The notes beneath the pieces are model-generated. The model did not search any database. It saw only the letters and a list, made by a program, of their open reading frames with translations, and was not told where the DNA came from. The translations under genes were made by a program, and so were the position numbers. This document shows, in pieces, positions 1 to 9,338 of a stretch of DNA of 64,000 nt. How positions within the stretch are numbered: the first letter of the stretch is position 1; every line of letters starts with the position of its first letter. Origin of the DNA: Snowella sp. (lineage in GTDB: Bacteria > Cyanobacteriota > Cyanobacteriia > Cyanobacteriales > Microcystaceae); NCBI GenBank assembly GCA_035285405.1, contig JAYKJI010000366.1, positions 5,823 through 69,822 on the forward strand, read 5' to 3'.

Positions 1-186
1 TCAGAAAAGATGCTACTTGTTGCTGACTCCAATCTGGCAACAAATTGTCTTGAATTGATTAATCGAGCTAATTCTGAAGAATTATCTGCTGCTAGTACAC
101 AATGGGAAGGTTGTGTGAACTTAGCGCATCACTTCTCTGAATACCAGAGAGAATTGAATAGAGAAATATCTTCATGGCGAAATTGA
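1..186 (+). CDS. C-terminal fragment of an upstream gene, function unknown
   Basis: Frame 1 is open from the window edge to TGA at 184-186 (...NREISSWRN*). No motif recognised. The 5' part lies outside the window. Confidence 0.3.
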   Translation, partial: SEKMLLVADSNLATNCLELINRANSEELSAASTQWEGCVNLAHHFSEYQRELNREISSWRN

Positions 187-241
187 TTGCGATGAATTAT
201 TATGGGTTGGTCAATAACTTTAGCCAAAAGCGTGTTATCGA

Positions 242-985
242 ATGTTTTACTATCTTAAATCCTATTTTTCTATTAATCGTCTGATTCCGATAAGCTGGGT
301 GAAAAAAGATAAAAGTTCTTGGTTATCTACGAACTTTATTTATCCCTATTATTTTACATCCGCTAGTAAGCATAGCAAAGATATTGAGTTTATTGCCGCT
401 CAAACAAATAAATTGGGGGAACAATCTCTCTGGAAGGGATACGGGGAAGATGATTTTAGCAAGAAAGCTACTCGTATACCTAATAATGTTAGAACTTCAG
501 GTTCTATTGGTAATCTTTATACCTATATCGTTGTAGCTAAAAAACCAGAAATCATTGTAGAATTCGGCACTGCATTTGGAGTATCTGGAATGTTTTTTCT
601 TGCAGGCATTGAACAAAACCAAAAAGGAACATTATTAACCTTTGAACCAAATCTTGCTTGGTCTAAAATTGCAGAAAAAAATCTATCAAGAATAAGTAAT
701 AGATTTCAATTAATAAATGATTGTTTTGAATCAAGCATTGACCTTGTTCTCGAGAAGAAACAAGTTTTAGACATTGCGTTTATTGATGCCATTCACACAA
801 GAGAATTTGTTATTCCACAGCTAGAGATCTGTTTATCAAGAAGTAAGTCTGGTACTTTAATCATAATGGACGATATAAACTTTTCTCAAAATATGTCGGA
901 ATGCTGGAATGAAGTATCTCATGATAGTCGCTTTTCTTCCAGTCTCTCTTTTGGCAAGAGAGTTGGTGTTTTAGAGGTTAAGTAG
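242..985 (+). CDS. class I SAM-dependent methyltransferase (O-methyltransferase/CmcI-like)
   Basis: 247-aa ORF. Glycine-rich motif I region 'IIVEFGTAFGVSG' and later 'IAFIDAIH...IIMDDI' fit a Rossmann-fold methyltransferase. It lies in a sugar-modification cluster. Confidence 0.65.
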   Translation: MFYYLKSYFSINRLIPISWVKKDKSSWLSTNFIYPYYFTSASKHSKDIEFIAAQTNKLGEQSLWKGYGEDDFSKKATRIPNNVRTSGSIGNLYTYIVVAKKPEIIVEFGTAFGVSGMFFLAGIEQNQKGTLLTFEPNLAWSKIAEKNLSRISNRFQLINDCFESSIDLVLEKKQVLDIAFIDAIHTREFVIPQLEICLSRSKSGTLIIMDDINFSQNMSECWNEVSHDSRFSSSLSFGKRVGVLEVK

Positions 986-1006
986 AAACTTTCAGGAGAT
1001 AAATTT

Positions 1007-2236
1007 ATGAATTCTTTTCCAAGAGTTCTAGTGGTTCAGTATGACGCAAGACATAGATATGCCATCCCTCGTCTAATGCAGAGAATGGGTTTTCTTTCCA
1101 AATTGATTACGGGGCCGCATTCTCAAAGTAGCCTAGGTAAAATTGCGTATCAATTATCCATATTTGGAATGGAAAAATCTCCTAAAATTAAAAGTCTTTT
1201 GAATCGAAAAATTGAAGAAATACCTTTGTCAAAAATACACAGCTTAGATATCTGGTGGCTATGGCAAGAATTTTTTTTAGAGAAATTAAGAGATGATAAT
1301 CCAGTTAAATGGCTCTATGAGTTAGACAAGTTTTGCTTCTCAGAGACTAAATCCTTTAATCTTAAAGAATTTGATATTTGTTACAGCATGAATGCCCAGA
1401 ATTTGTCTTTGCTTAAAAAGGCCAAATATTTTGGTGTAAAAAATGTTATAGATGTTTTTATAAGCCCCCTTGCATTACGTCAAATTTACCAAGAAAAGTC
1501 TAGTTTGGGGATATCTGCTAATTTATCTGAAGTCGCATTCAGTGATTTTGAGTCTTACTATAAGGAAGTCTATAAAAGTGCAGATATTCTTCTTTGTCCA
1601 TCTCAATGGGTAGCAGATGGCGTAATTGCTTTAGATAATCAATTTGAGAGAAAAATTTGTATTTGTCCTTATGGTTCAAGCCTTCAATTCACAGGTGATA
1701 ATCGTAAGTCGATTGAGGGGCGAATATTTTGGGCCGGAGGTGACTGGTTTCGCAAAGGACTTCATCATTTAGCGGCGGCGGCTGATATTTTAAAGCCTAA
1801 ATATCCTCAACTCGATTTTCGTATTGCAGGAATAACAGATGCTAATATTCAAAAAATGCCTATATTTAAGAATTTAAACTTTTTGGGCAAACTTGATGGT
1901 ATTCAAATGAAGGCAGAATTTAGCACGGCTGATATGTTTGTTTTTCCAACCCTAACAGAAGGTATGGCTAGTGTCGTGATAGAGGCGATCACCAGTGGAT
2001 GCCCAGTCATTACAACTAGAGGAGCGGGTGTTGATGCGCTCGAAGATGGGAAGGCGGGATTAATCATTGATTCTGTTTCTCCTGACAGTTTATCAAGATC
2101 CATTGAGTCTTTATTGCTTGATCGGCCTCGTCTTTTACAGATGAGCGCTGAATGCAAAGAATTAGCAAAATTATATACCGAAGATGCTTGGGCTTTAAGA
2201 TTAAAACAGGTTATTAATTTTAGTTGTTGCGGTTGA
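1007..2236 (+). CDS. glycosyltransferase family 4 (GT-B)
   Basis: 409-aa ORF. C-terminal GT4 signature 'FVFPTLTEGMASVVIEAITSGCPVITT'. Confidence 0.8.
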   Translation: MNSFPRVLVVQYDARHRYAIPRLMQRMGFLSKLITGPHSQSSLGKIAYQLSIFGMEKSPKIKSLLNRKIEEIPLSKIHSLDIWWLWQEFFLEKLRDDNPVKWLYELDKFCFSETKSFNLKEFDICYSMNAQNLSLLKKAKYFGVKNVIDVFISPLALRQIYQEKSSLGISANLSEVAFSDFESYYKEVYKSADILLCPSQWVADGVIALDNQFERKICICPYGSSLQFTGDNRKSIEGRIFWAGGDWFRKGLHHLAAAADILKPKYPQLDFRIAGITDANIQKMPIFKNLNFLGKLDGIQMKAEFSTADMFVFPTLTEGMASVVIEAITSGCPVITTRGAGVDALEDGKAGLIIDSVSPDSLSRSIESLLLDRPRLLQMSAECKELAKLYTEDAWALRLKQVINFSCCG

Positions 2237-2433
2237 TGCCTTAATTGTGATAAATTAAATACCAAGAAATCTAATCTAAAGAACAACCTAATTATACTCC
2301 CTTATTGCTTTGAAAGGTTTTAAATTTTGTTAGACGAATACCAACAACATTTTTATCACCAAGTAGACTAAAATTTATGCCTTTTTATCTATAAATATCA
2401 ACGCAGAAGTTAACTTTAATAAAGAAGCAATCA

Positions 2434-3705
2434 ATGGCTGACTTTTATCTGTTTATTTTTATTAGTATCTGCATTGTAATCATTTATTGGTCGATTATTC
2501 GTCTAGAAAGAATTTACCAATTTCCTTTTTTCATGGTGTCGGTTTTTCTCTCATTTGTCTTGCCACAGGCAATTGCGATAATTAAAAACCCTGGAACTTT
2601 TGTTAGCTCCACATCCCTAGACAGAATGTTATTCTACGTTTGTCTCTGCGTTGCTATGTGTTGGATTGGCTATCAATTTCCCCCTAATCATAAATGGTTA
2701 GCAAAGTTAAGAATTCCCGTTGATGAAGATAAACTATTTAAAATGGGTATTGTTTTGTTGATAATTGGTTCTCTTTGTTTGTGGATTATTTCTTATATAG
2801 GAGTACAAAAAACTGATCAAGGTATGTGGACAGGTCCAGCTACCATACTAATATTTTTTGCAGGAGTTCTCAATATTGCTTTGCCACTTTTTCTGCTCCG
2901 TACCCTAAAAAATCCCTCTTTGACAAATATAGCTTTAACTTCCATTATTATATTACCTAAACTGCAAGTAATAATCATATATGGTCGTCGTCAACCTACT
3001 ATTGCTTTTATCGTAACAGTTGGTTTATGTCTGTTTATTGTTAAAAATTATATTCCCCCTCGAATTTTATTATTAACTCTTATTCCTATTGCCGCCTATA
3101 TTATTCCTACTATAGGAAATTTAAGGGGCAAATTCTGGGAATTAGCTATTGCAGGAAACTGGGATGCTATTCAATCGGTTTCTAAACAAGGCTTAGAAGG
3201 AGTAGTCGAAGGCAAAATACTAGAACTACGCAATGCCACTCTGGTTATGGATTATGTCACTCAATTTGATCAATATGCTTATGGCAGACAACTATGGAAT
3301 ACCTTTATCTTTCAGTATGTACCTGCTCAATTACTTGGAACAGAGTTCAAACAATCTCTTCAATTTAACAACAACATTGACTTAATGAGTTTTTATGGTT
3401 ACCAGCCTAATTTTGGCTCTACCATAACAGGTATGGGCGATTCGTTTATCGATTTTGGTTTTTTGGGATGCCTATTTTTTGCCTTAATGGCTTACTTCTT
3501 TAAAACTTTGTGGGTATCCACTGTTCAAGAAAAAAGTATTATTAGCACTTTGCTTTATATCAGTTTGATAGATTCAGCAATGATCGGCATAACTCATGGT
3601 ATAGGTAGATTTGTCAATGAATTTATCTTTAAATGTGGGGTTCTATTCTTGGTCTACTACTTTTGTAAATTTTCTCCAAAAATAAGAAGACCAATGTTAA
3701 TTTAA
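2434..3705 (+). CDS. polytopic membrane protein, Wzy-type polysaccharide polymerase-like
   Basis: 423-aa ORF that is almost entirely hydrophobic helices with one larger loop. Its position among glycosyltransferases suggests the role, so the assignment is mostly contextual. Confidence 0.5.
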   Translation: MADFYLFIFISICIVIIYWSIIRLERIYQFPFFMVSVFLSFVLPQAIAIIKNPGTFVSSTSLDRMLFYVCLCVAMCWIGYQFPPNHKWLAKLRIPVDEDKLFKMGIVLLIIGSLCLWIISYIGVQKTDQGMWTGPATILIFFAGVLNIALPLFLLRTLKNPSLTNIALTSIIILPKLQVIIIYGRRQPTIAFIVTVGLCLFIVKNYIPPRILLLTLIPIAAYIIPTIGNLRGKFWELAIAGNWDAIQSVSKQGLEGVVEGKILELRNATLVMDYVTQFDQYAYGRQLWNTFIFQYVPAQLLGTEFKQSLQFNNNIDLMSFYGYQPNFGSTITGMGDSFIDFGFLGCLFFALMAYFFKTLWVSTVQEKSIISTLLYISLIDSAMIGITHGIGRFVNEFIFKCGVLFLVYYFCKFSPKIRRPMLI

Positions 3706-3777
3706 GCCAATGCCAATGTGATTGTAAAACAAAAAAAGTACTACTCTTAGAATAAAATGCATTTTTAAAATAAAACA

Positions 3778-4428
3778 ATGATTAAATACAAACTTAATAA
3801 TACAGTTTTGGTGGATAGAGTAACTTATCTTCAAGATATATGCCGAAGCAAAAATGTTCTTCACCTTGGGGCAACCGATGCGCCTGAAACTATTGAAGCT
3901 GTTAAAAATAATAGATTATTGCACCTGAAAATTAAAGAAGTCAGCAACTCTTTAGTCGGCTTGGATATTAGTACGGCAATGATTAAATGGTTGTCAAAAA
4001 GTCAACAAATTCATAATATCTTACATGGCAATATAGAAAATTCAGAAGATTATCCTCACGACGATTTTGATGTTATTGTAGCGGGGGAAATTTTTGAACA
4101 TTTGAGTAATCCAGGAAAAGCTCTTGATGCTATAAGAGTTAATGCAAAACCAATTACTAAACTAGTTATTACAGTTCCCAATGCTTATTCCTTAAAAGGC
4201 TTTATTCGAGCATTGGGAAAACACGAGCTTATCCATCCAGATCACACCTTGCATCATTCTCCTTATACATTAAAGTCTTTATTGGAAAGGCATGGTTTTA
4301 TAGTAGAAAGTAGTTTTAGCTATGTTAATGGAGGTCAAGGATTAGCGGCAAGTATTGCTAATTTTCTCTTAAAGTTATTTCCTCAATTAGCTGAAGGAAT
4401 AGGAGTAGTTTGCAGATTAAAAGTATAA
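3778..4428 (+). CDS. class I SAM-dependent methyltransferase
   Basis: 216-aa ORF. 'VLHLGATDAPE' (motif I-like) and 'DVIVAGEIFEHL' (motif II/III) are typical of Methyltransf_11/23-type enzymes. Confidence 0.65.
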   Translation: MIKYKLNNTVLVDRVTYLQDICRSKNVLHLGATDAPETIEAVKNNRLLHLKIKEVSNSLVGLDISTAMIKWLSKSQQIHNILHGNIENSEDYPHDDFDVIVAGEIFEHLSNPGKALDAIRVNAKPITKLVITVPNAYSLKGFIRALGKHELIHPDHTLHHSPYTLKSLLERHGFIVESSFSYVNGGQGLAASIANFLLKLFPQLAEGIGVVCRLKV

Positions 4429-4431
4429 TCC

Positions 4432-5553
4432 ATGAAAATTGTTGCTTTAACCTCTGTTTCTGGGCCATATATTTTTGCCCGCTATTCTGCCGTTGCCTCT
4501 TCATTGTCTGATGACACACTAACTTTAATTGAAATAGGCAATATATCGGTAACTTATCCATGGCAACATCCTGAAAAAAATCCCCCTTATCACAGGATTG
4601 TCTTGTCTGATCAGCCTGAAGAATTACAGCCTAAATTGAAAGTATGCCAAAATATATGGGATGCTTTATCTAAAATCAATCCTGATATTCTCGTAATCGC
4701 AGGATATAGTCGTTCATCCATGCTGTCAGCGTTATTTTGGAGTCTTTGGCATCAAAAACCCGCTATTCTTTTATCTGATTCAAAAGAAGACGATGAACCT
4801 CGCATCTGGTGGAAAGAAGCTATCAAAAGTTGGCTAATTAAAAAATATTCTAGTGCTTTAGTCGCTGGAGATATTCATAAAAGATACTTAATTAAACTAG
4901 GGTTTCCTGAAGATGCTATTTTTGTAGGCTATGACGTAGTTGATAATCAGGTGTTTCATCCCGACACCATTAAACATTTATCTAATCCTCTGGATAAGCC
5001 TTTCTTCTTAGCTATTAATCGTTTTGTTGAGAAAAAGAATCTACCCTTATTAATCTCGGCTTATGCTTCTTATCACCAAAAATTTGGTGATAATGCTTTG
5101 GATTTAGTTTTATGTGGGGATGGAGAACTGCGATCTCCCTTAGAAAATTTAATCAGTCAATATAATTTACAAGATTCTGTTCACTTACCCGGCTTTTTAC
5201 AACAAGATGAACTGTTACCCTATTTTGCCCATGCCAAATGTTTTATCCATGCCAGTACGACTGAGCAGTGGGGTTTAGTCGTGAATGAAGCAATGGCCGC
5301 AGGTTTACCTGTGATTGTCTCTAATCGCTGTGGTTGCTTTGAAGATTTAGTGATAGAAGGAGTTAATGGTTTTGGTTTTAATCCTGAAAATCAACAGGAA
5401 TTAACCAATTTAATGATCAAAATGTCTTCAGGAGAGGTAAATTTAGAGTTAATGGGACAAGCATCATTAAAACATATTCAAAAATATTCCCCTGATTCTT
5501 TTGCTCAGGGATTAAAAGGCGCAATTGAGTTTGCTATAAATAAACAACAATGA
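4432..5553 (+). CDS. glycosyltransferase family 4
   Basis: 373-aa ORF. 'CFIHASTTEQWGLVVNEAMAAGLPVIVSNRCG' is the GT4 E-x7-E region. It starts 3 nt after the previous gene. Confidence 0.8.
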   Translation: MKIVALTSVSGPYIFARYSAVASSLSDDTLTLIEIGNISVTYPWQHPEKNPPYHRIVLSDQPEELQPKLKVCQNIWDALSKINPDILVIAGYSRSSMLSALFWSLWHQKPAILLSDSKEDDEPRIWWKEAIKSWLIKKYSSALVAGDIHKRYLIKLGFPEDAIFVGYDVVDNQVFHPDTIKHLSNPLDKPFFLAINRFVEKKNLPLLISAYASYHQKFGDNALDLVLCGDGELRSPLENLISQYNLQDSVHLPGFLQQDELLPYFAHAKCFIHASTTEQWGLVVNEAMAAGLPVIVSNRCGCFEDLVIEGVNGFGFNPENQQELTNLMIKMSSGEVNLELMGQASLKHIQKYSPDSFAQGLKGAIEFAINKQQ

Positions 5554-5675
5554 TGCTGGTCTATTCAATCACATAAATTTGACAAGATTAAAGTTGAGTG
5601 CCTACTAAGCACAAACTAATCTTAACGAAACCAACTACTAAAAACGAACTTTCTCTGTGATTTAGACTTTTTCAT

Positions 5676-6227
5676 ATGACTTTAACTACTTATTATCAGT
5701 GGACAACTCAACACTATCACCAAGCCATTGAAGAGGGACTCTTTGAAGATGAATCAGTAGAATTACTGCAAGGCGAAATCGTGATTATGTCACCAGAAAG
5801 AGAACCCCATGCCTATTACAATAGCGAAGTAGCTGATTATCTGAGAGACTTACTCGGTAATCAAGCAAAAATTAGAGATGCTAAACCGATTACCCTTCCT
5901 AATAATTCTGAGCCTGAACCTGATATTGCTATTGTTCGGCCTTTAGGAAGAGAATATTTAGAACATCATCCTTTTCCAGAAAATATTTTTTGGCTTATTG
6001 AGTTTTCTCAAGCAACCCTTAGTAAGGATTTAGGAAGAAAAAAGGATATTTATGCTGAAGCTGGAATTATAGAATATTGGGTTGTCGATCTCAAAAATCA
6101 CCAATTAAGAATTTTTCGAGATTTGTTAAACCAGCAATATACTTCAGAATTGACCCTAAAGGCAGGAATAATTACCTCTCTTTCTTTTCCCAAAATCTTA
6201 ATAGAAGTTCAACAAATTATTAACTAA
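5676..6227 (+). CDS. Uma2 family (DUF820) PD-(D/E)xK putative endonuclease
   Basis: 183-aa ORF with 'EPEPDIAIV' and 'WLIEFSQATLSKDLGRKKDIYAEAGIIEYWVVD', the Uma2 core pattern. Confidence 0.8.
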   Translation: MTLTTYYQWTTQHYHQAIEEGLFEDESVELLQGEIVIMSPEREPHAYYNSEVADYLRDLLGNQAKIRDAKPITLPNNSEPEPDIAIVRPLGREYLEHHPFPENIFWLIEFSQATLSKDLGRKKDIYAEAGIIEYWVVDLKNHQLRIFRDLLNQQYTSELTLKAGIITSLSFPKILIEVQQIIN

Positions 6228-6262
6228 TACTTCAAATAATCCAGTAACCAAAATCAAAAACC

Positions 6263-6877
6263 ATGTCCTACAGTGACTTTAGCCTTGGCTCTGTTAAAAA
6301 AGCATTTCAGCTTCAACTCATTGAAAAAATTGATTTATTTAAGGAGACATCAGATTTAAGTCCCAGCCACTTACTAAATGAAACTATAAAGGAGAATCTT
6401 CCTCTAGCCTTAGCGAGTAACACCGAAAAATCACGATCAGAAATGCTCATTACCCCAATTTTAATTGATCTACGAAGGCAATTTACTAATCGTATTGGTA
6501 TTTTTTCAGGTATTAATTTTACAGTTGATCCTGCTCAAGGGTTAAACGGTAACTGTGATTTTTTAATTAGTTACTCGGAGGAATTATTATTGGTAACTGC
6601 ACCAATTATCACCTTAGTGGAAGCAAAAAAAGAGGATTTAAATGGAGGTTTAGGGCAATGTATTGCAGAAATGATTGCAGCTCAGAGATTTAATCAACAA
6701 GAAGGCAATGAAATTACTGAAATTTATGGCGTTGTAACCTCTGGAACGGTTTGGAAATTTCTTAAATTATCCGAGAATCAAGTTTTCCTTGATTTAACAG
6801 AGTATTATTTAGGAGATTTGCCCAAAATATTGGGCATTTTATCCGTAGGAATAGATCGTGCAGAGCATAGGTATTAA
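6263..6877 (+). CDS. hypothetical protein, PD-(D/E)xK nuclease-like (paralog A of three)
   Basis: 204-aa ORF. Motif order is E ('TEKSRSEML') ... D ('NCDFLIS') ... ExK ('LVEAKKEDL') ... Q ('GQCIAEM'). By eye it is ~80% identical at protein level to 8049-8672. The nuclease fold is inferred. Confidence 0.6.
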   Translation: MSYSDFSLGSVKKAFQLQLIEKIDLFKETSDLSPSHLLNETIKENLPLALASNTEKSRSEMLITPILIDLRRQFTNRIGIFSGINFTVDPAQGLNGNCDFLISYSEELLLVTAPIITLVEAKKEDLNGGLGQCIAEMIAAQRFNQQEGNEITEIYGVVTSGTVWKFLKLSENQVFLDLTEYYLGDLPKILGILSVGIDRAEHRY

Positions 6878-6881
6878 TCTG

Positions 6882-8045
6882 ATGAGAATTTTAATGGTTA
6901 TTCCTGCATTAGGAAGTGTGTATGGTGGCCCATCTAAAATCGTTCTTGAATTAGCAGAATCCTTGGGGAAGTTAGATATTGATGTTGATATTGTGGCTAC
7001 TAATGCCAATGGCTCTACCACTGTGGACTTTCCTCTTAATCAGTGGATCACACAAAACCATTATAGAGTACAATATTTTTCTTATTGCGACTTCCTAGAT
7101 TATAAACTTACATGGGCATTGACTCAATGGTTGTTCGTCAACGTCCCTAATTATAGTTTAGTTCATACTCATGCGATTTTTTCATATCCAATTCTAGCTG
7201 CTTATTGGATATGTCAAGTCTATAAAATCCCTTATATTGCTACACCACATGGTATGTTAGAACCTTGGGCTTTAGCCTATAAGAGCTGGAAAAAGGAAGC
7301 TTATTTTTCTTTTCTAGAAAAACCCTCTTTACAAAAAGCCAGTGCTATTCAAATGACAGCATCTAGTGAAGTTAAGCAAATTCACAAACTTAGGCTAAAC
7401 ACTAAACCAATTTTTGTCCCAAATGGGATTCATTGGGAAGATTTTGCCTCCCTTCCTGACCCCAAAATTCTTTATCATCAATTTCCAGAGACTCAAAATA
7501 AGATATTAATTTTATTTCTAGGCCGTATTGATCCCAAAAAAGGATTAGACTTATTAGCCCCGGCTTTTGCCCAGGTACATCAAAACTTTTCTGATACTCA
7601 TCTGATTATTGCTGGTCCTGATAATACAGGCTTTTTACCCAAGGCTGAAAATTATTTCATTGAAGCGGAGTGTCGGGACTCTGTTACTTTTACAGGTATG
7701 CTGACAGGAGAGCTTAAATATGCGGCTTTAGCCGCTGCTCAGATTTATGTAGCTCCTTCGTATTCCGAGGGTTTCAGTATGTCAGTCCTAGAAGGGATGG
7801 CTAGTGGACTTCCTTGTATTATTACTACTGGTTGTAATTTTCCTGAAGCTAAAGCAAACCAAGCTGCCTTAGAGGTTGAAATTAACAGTCAGGCGATCGC
7901 GGATGGTTTACTATGGTGTCTGAATCACCCTGAAGAAGCTAAACAAATGGGAGAAAAAGGCCGCCAGTTTATTTTTGAAAATTATGCTTGGGATAAGATA
8001 GCCCTTGATTTAAAATCAATGTACGAAAATATTTTACTTTCTTAG
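6882..8045 (+). CDS. glycosyltransferase family 4
   Basis: The track ORF starts at 6858, but the ATG at 6882 (MRILMVIPALGSVYGG) lies 4 nt after the upstream stop and matches the usual GT4 N-terminus. 'VAPSYSEGFSMSVLEGMASGLPCIITT' is the signature. Confidence 0.8.
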   Translation: MRILMVIPALGSVYGGPSKIVLELAESLGKLDIDVDIVATNANGSTTVDFPLNQWITQNHYRVQYFSYCDFLDYKLTWALTQWLFVNVPNYSLVHTHAIFSYPILAAYWICQVYKIPYIATPHGMLEPWALAYKSWKKEAYFSFLEKPSLQKASAIQMTASSEVKQIHKLRLNTKPIFVPNGIHWEDFASLPDPKILYHQFPETQNKILILFLGRIDPKKGLDLLAPAFAQVHQNFSDTHLIIAGPDNTGFLPKAENYFIEAECRDSVTFTGMLTGELKYAALAAAQIYVAPSYSEGFSMSVLEGMASGLPCIITTGCNFPEAKANQAALEVEINSQAIADGLLWCLNHPEEAKQMGEKGRQFIFENYAWDKIALDLKSMYENILLS

Positions 8046-8048
8046 ATT

Positions 8049-8672
8049 ATGTCTTACAGTGATTTTAGTCTTAGCTCCGTCAAAAAATTTTTTCAACTTA
8101 ATTTAATTGAAAAAGCTGATTTATTTGCGAATTGCTCAGAATTACAACCTAGCCCGCTCCTCAGCGAGACCCTTAAAGAAAATCTTCCCTTAGCCTTAGC
8201 GAGCAATACAGAAAAATCCCGCTCTGAAATGCTAATTGCACCAATTTTAATTGATTTAAGACGACAATGTTTCAATCGTATTGGCATTTTTTCTGGAGTT
8301 AACTTTTCTGTTAATCCATCTCAAGGATTAAATGGCAATTGTGATTTTTTAATCAGTTATTCCGAGAATTTATTACTAATTACGGCTCCCATCATTACCT
8401 TAGTGGAAGCCAAAAAAGAAGATCTCAATGGCGGTCTAGGGCAATGTATTGCGGAAATGATCGCCGCACAGTATTTTAACCAGCGGGAAGAAAATGAAAT
8501 TAAGGAGACTTATGGTGTGGTTACATCAGGAACTATTTGGAAATTCATGAAATTGATTGATCGTGATGTATGGATTGATTTAACTGAATATTATCTGGAC
8601 AATTTACCCAAAATCTTAGGTATTTTAGCTCAGTCAATACCCAACATTGATTTTGCCCATTCTCCAAGCTAG
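8049..8672 (+). CDS. hypothetical protein, PD-(D/E)xK nuclease-like (paralog B)
   Basis: 207-aa ORF. It carries the same E/D/ExK/Q motif set ('NCDFLISYSENLLLITAPIITLVEAKKEDLNGGLGQCIAEM') and starts 3 nt after the GT4 stop. Confidence 0.6.
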   Translation: MSYSDFSLSSVKKFFQLNLIEKADLFANCSELQPSPLLSETLKENLPLALASNTEKSRSEMLIAPILIDLRRQCFNRIGIFSGVNFSVNPSQGLNGNCDFLISYSENLLLITAPIITLVEAKKEDLNGGLGQCIAEMIAAQYFNQREENEIKETYGVVTSGTIWKFMKLIDRDVWIDLTEYYLDNLPKILGILAQSIPNIDFAHSPS

Positions 8673-8695
8673 ATATCCAGACTAGAAGTCATCCT

Positions 8696-9298
8696 ATGGC
8701 ATACAGTCAGTTCACCTTTAGTAAAGTCAAGGAACAGTTTGATCTCACGATCGCGGAAGGTATCCGCTTTTTTCCTGAGACTATTTCCCCAGTAGCTCCA
8801 AGCCAAAAACTGCTGGCAATTTTGGAAGATCTACCCTGGGTGATCGCTGTTGATACGGAAAAAGCTCGTTCTGAGGTCATTATTAATCCGATATTGTTAG
8901 AGCTAAGACGGATACTTAATCAAAAAATTAGTATTTTTTCAGGAGAAGAATTTAGTGTTGATCCTGGGATGGGACTGACTGGATTTTGTGACTTTTTAGT
9001 GAGTAAATCACCAGAACAATTAGCCATAGAAGCCCCTACGATCATCATTGTAGAAGCTAAAAAAGCAGATTTAAAAGTTGGAATCGGACAATGTATTGCA
9101 GAAATGGTGGCAGCACAAAAATTTAATCAGGCCAGCGATCGCCAAATTTCGGCAGTATATGGTTGCATCAGCAGTGGAACACAGTGGCGATTTCTCAAAC
9201 TAGAAGATTCAGTTGCCACCATTGATTTAACGGATTATCCTTTACTTCCTGTAGATATTATTCTTGGTTTTTTTGTCTGGATGATCAAAGAGGGTTAA
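8696..9298 (+). CDS. hypothetical protein, PD-(D/E)xK nuclease-like (paralog C, more divergent)
   Basis: 200-aa ORF. 'FCDFLVSKSPEQLAIEAPTIIIVEAKKADLKVGIGQCIAEM' has the same architecture. Roughly 45% identity to A/B by eye. Confidence 0.6.
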   Translation: MAYSQFTFSKVKEQFDLTIAEGIRFFPETISPVAPSQKLLAILEDLPWVIAVDTEKARSEVIINPILLELRRILNQKISIFSGEEFSVDPGMGLTGFCDFLVSKSPEQLAIEAPTIIIVEAKKADLKVGIGQCIAEMVAAQKFNQASDRQISAVYGCISSGTQWRFLKLEDSVATIDLTDYPLLPVDIILGFFVWMIKEG

Positions 9299-9338
9299 TT
9301 CCCATAACGGACAAAATCATTTTTCATGGAGACATTTA

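Noticed and set aside
1903-2286. Antisense 127-aa ORF inside the first GT4 gene. Similar antisense or overlapping ORFs occur at 4358-4561, 6839-7021, 8093-8287, 12149-12388, 14980-15207, 35316-35775, 46189-46479, 47191-47535 and 58443-59007, among others.
   Set aside because: All lie within well-supported genes on the opposite strand or in another frame. They have no recognisable motifs and compositionally odd translations.
6263-8672. Idea that paralogs A and B act as direct repeats for recombinational loop-out of the intervening GT4 gene.
   Set aside because: DNA identity is only ~75-80%, and the longest exact matches I could see are about 14-15 nt. That is probably too short for efficient homologous recombination.
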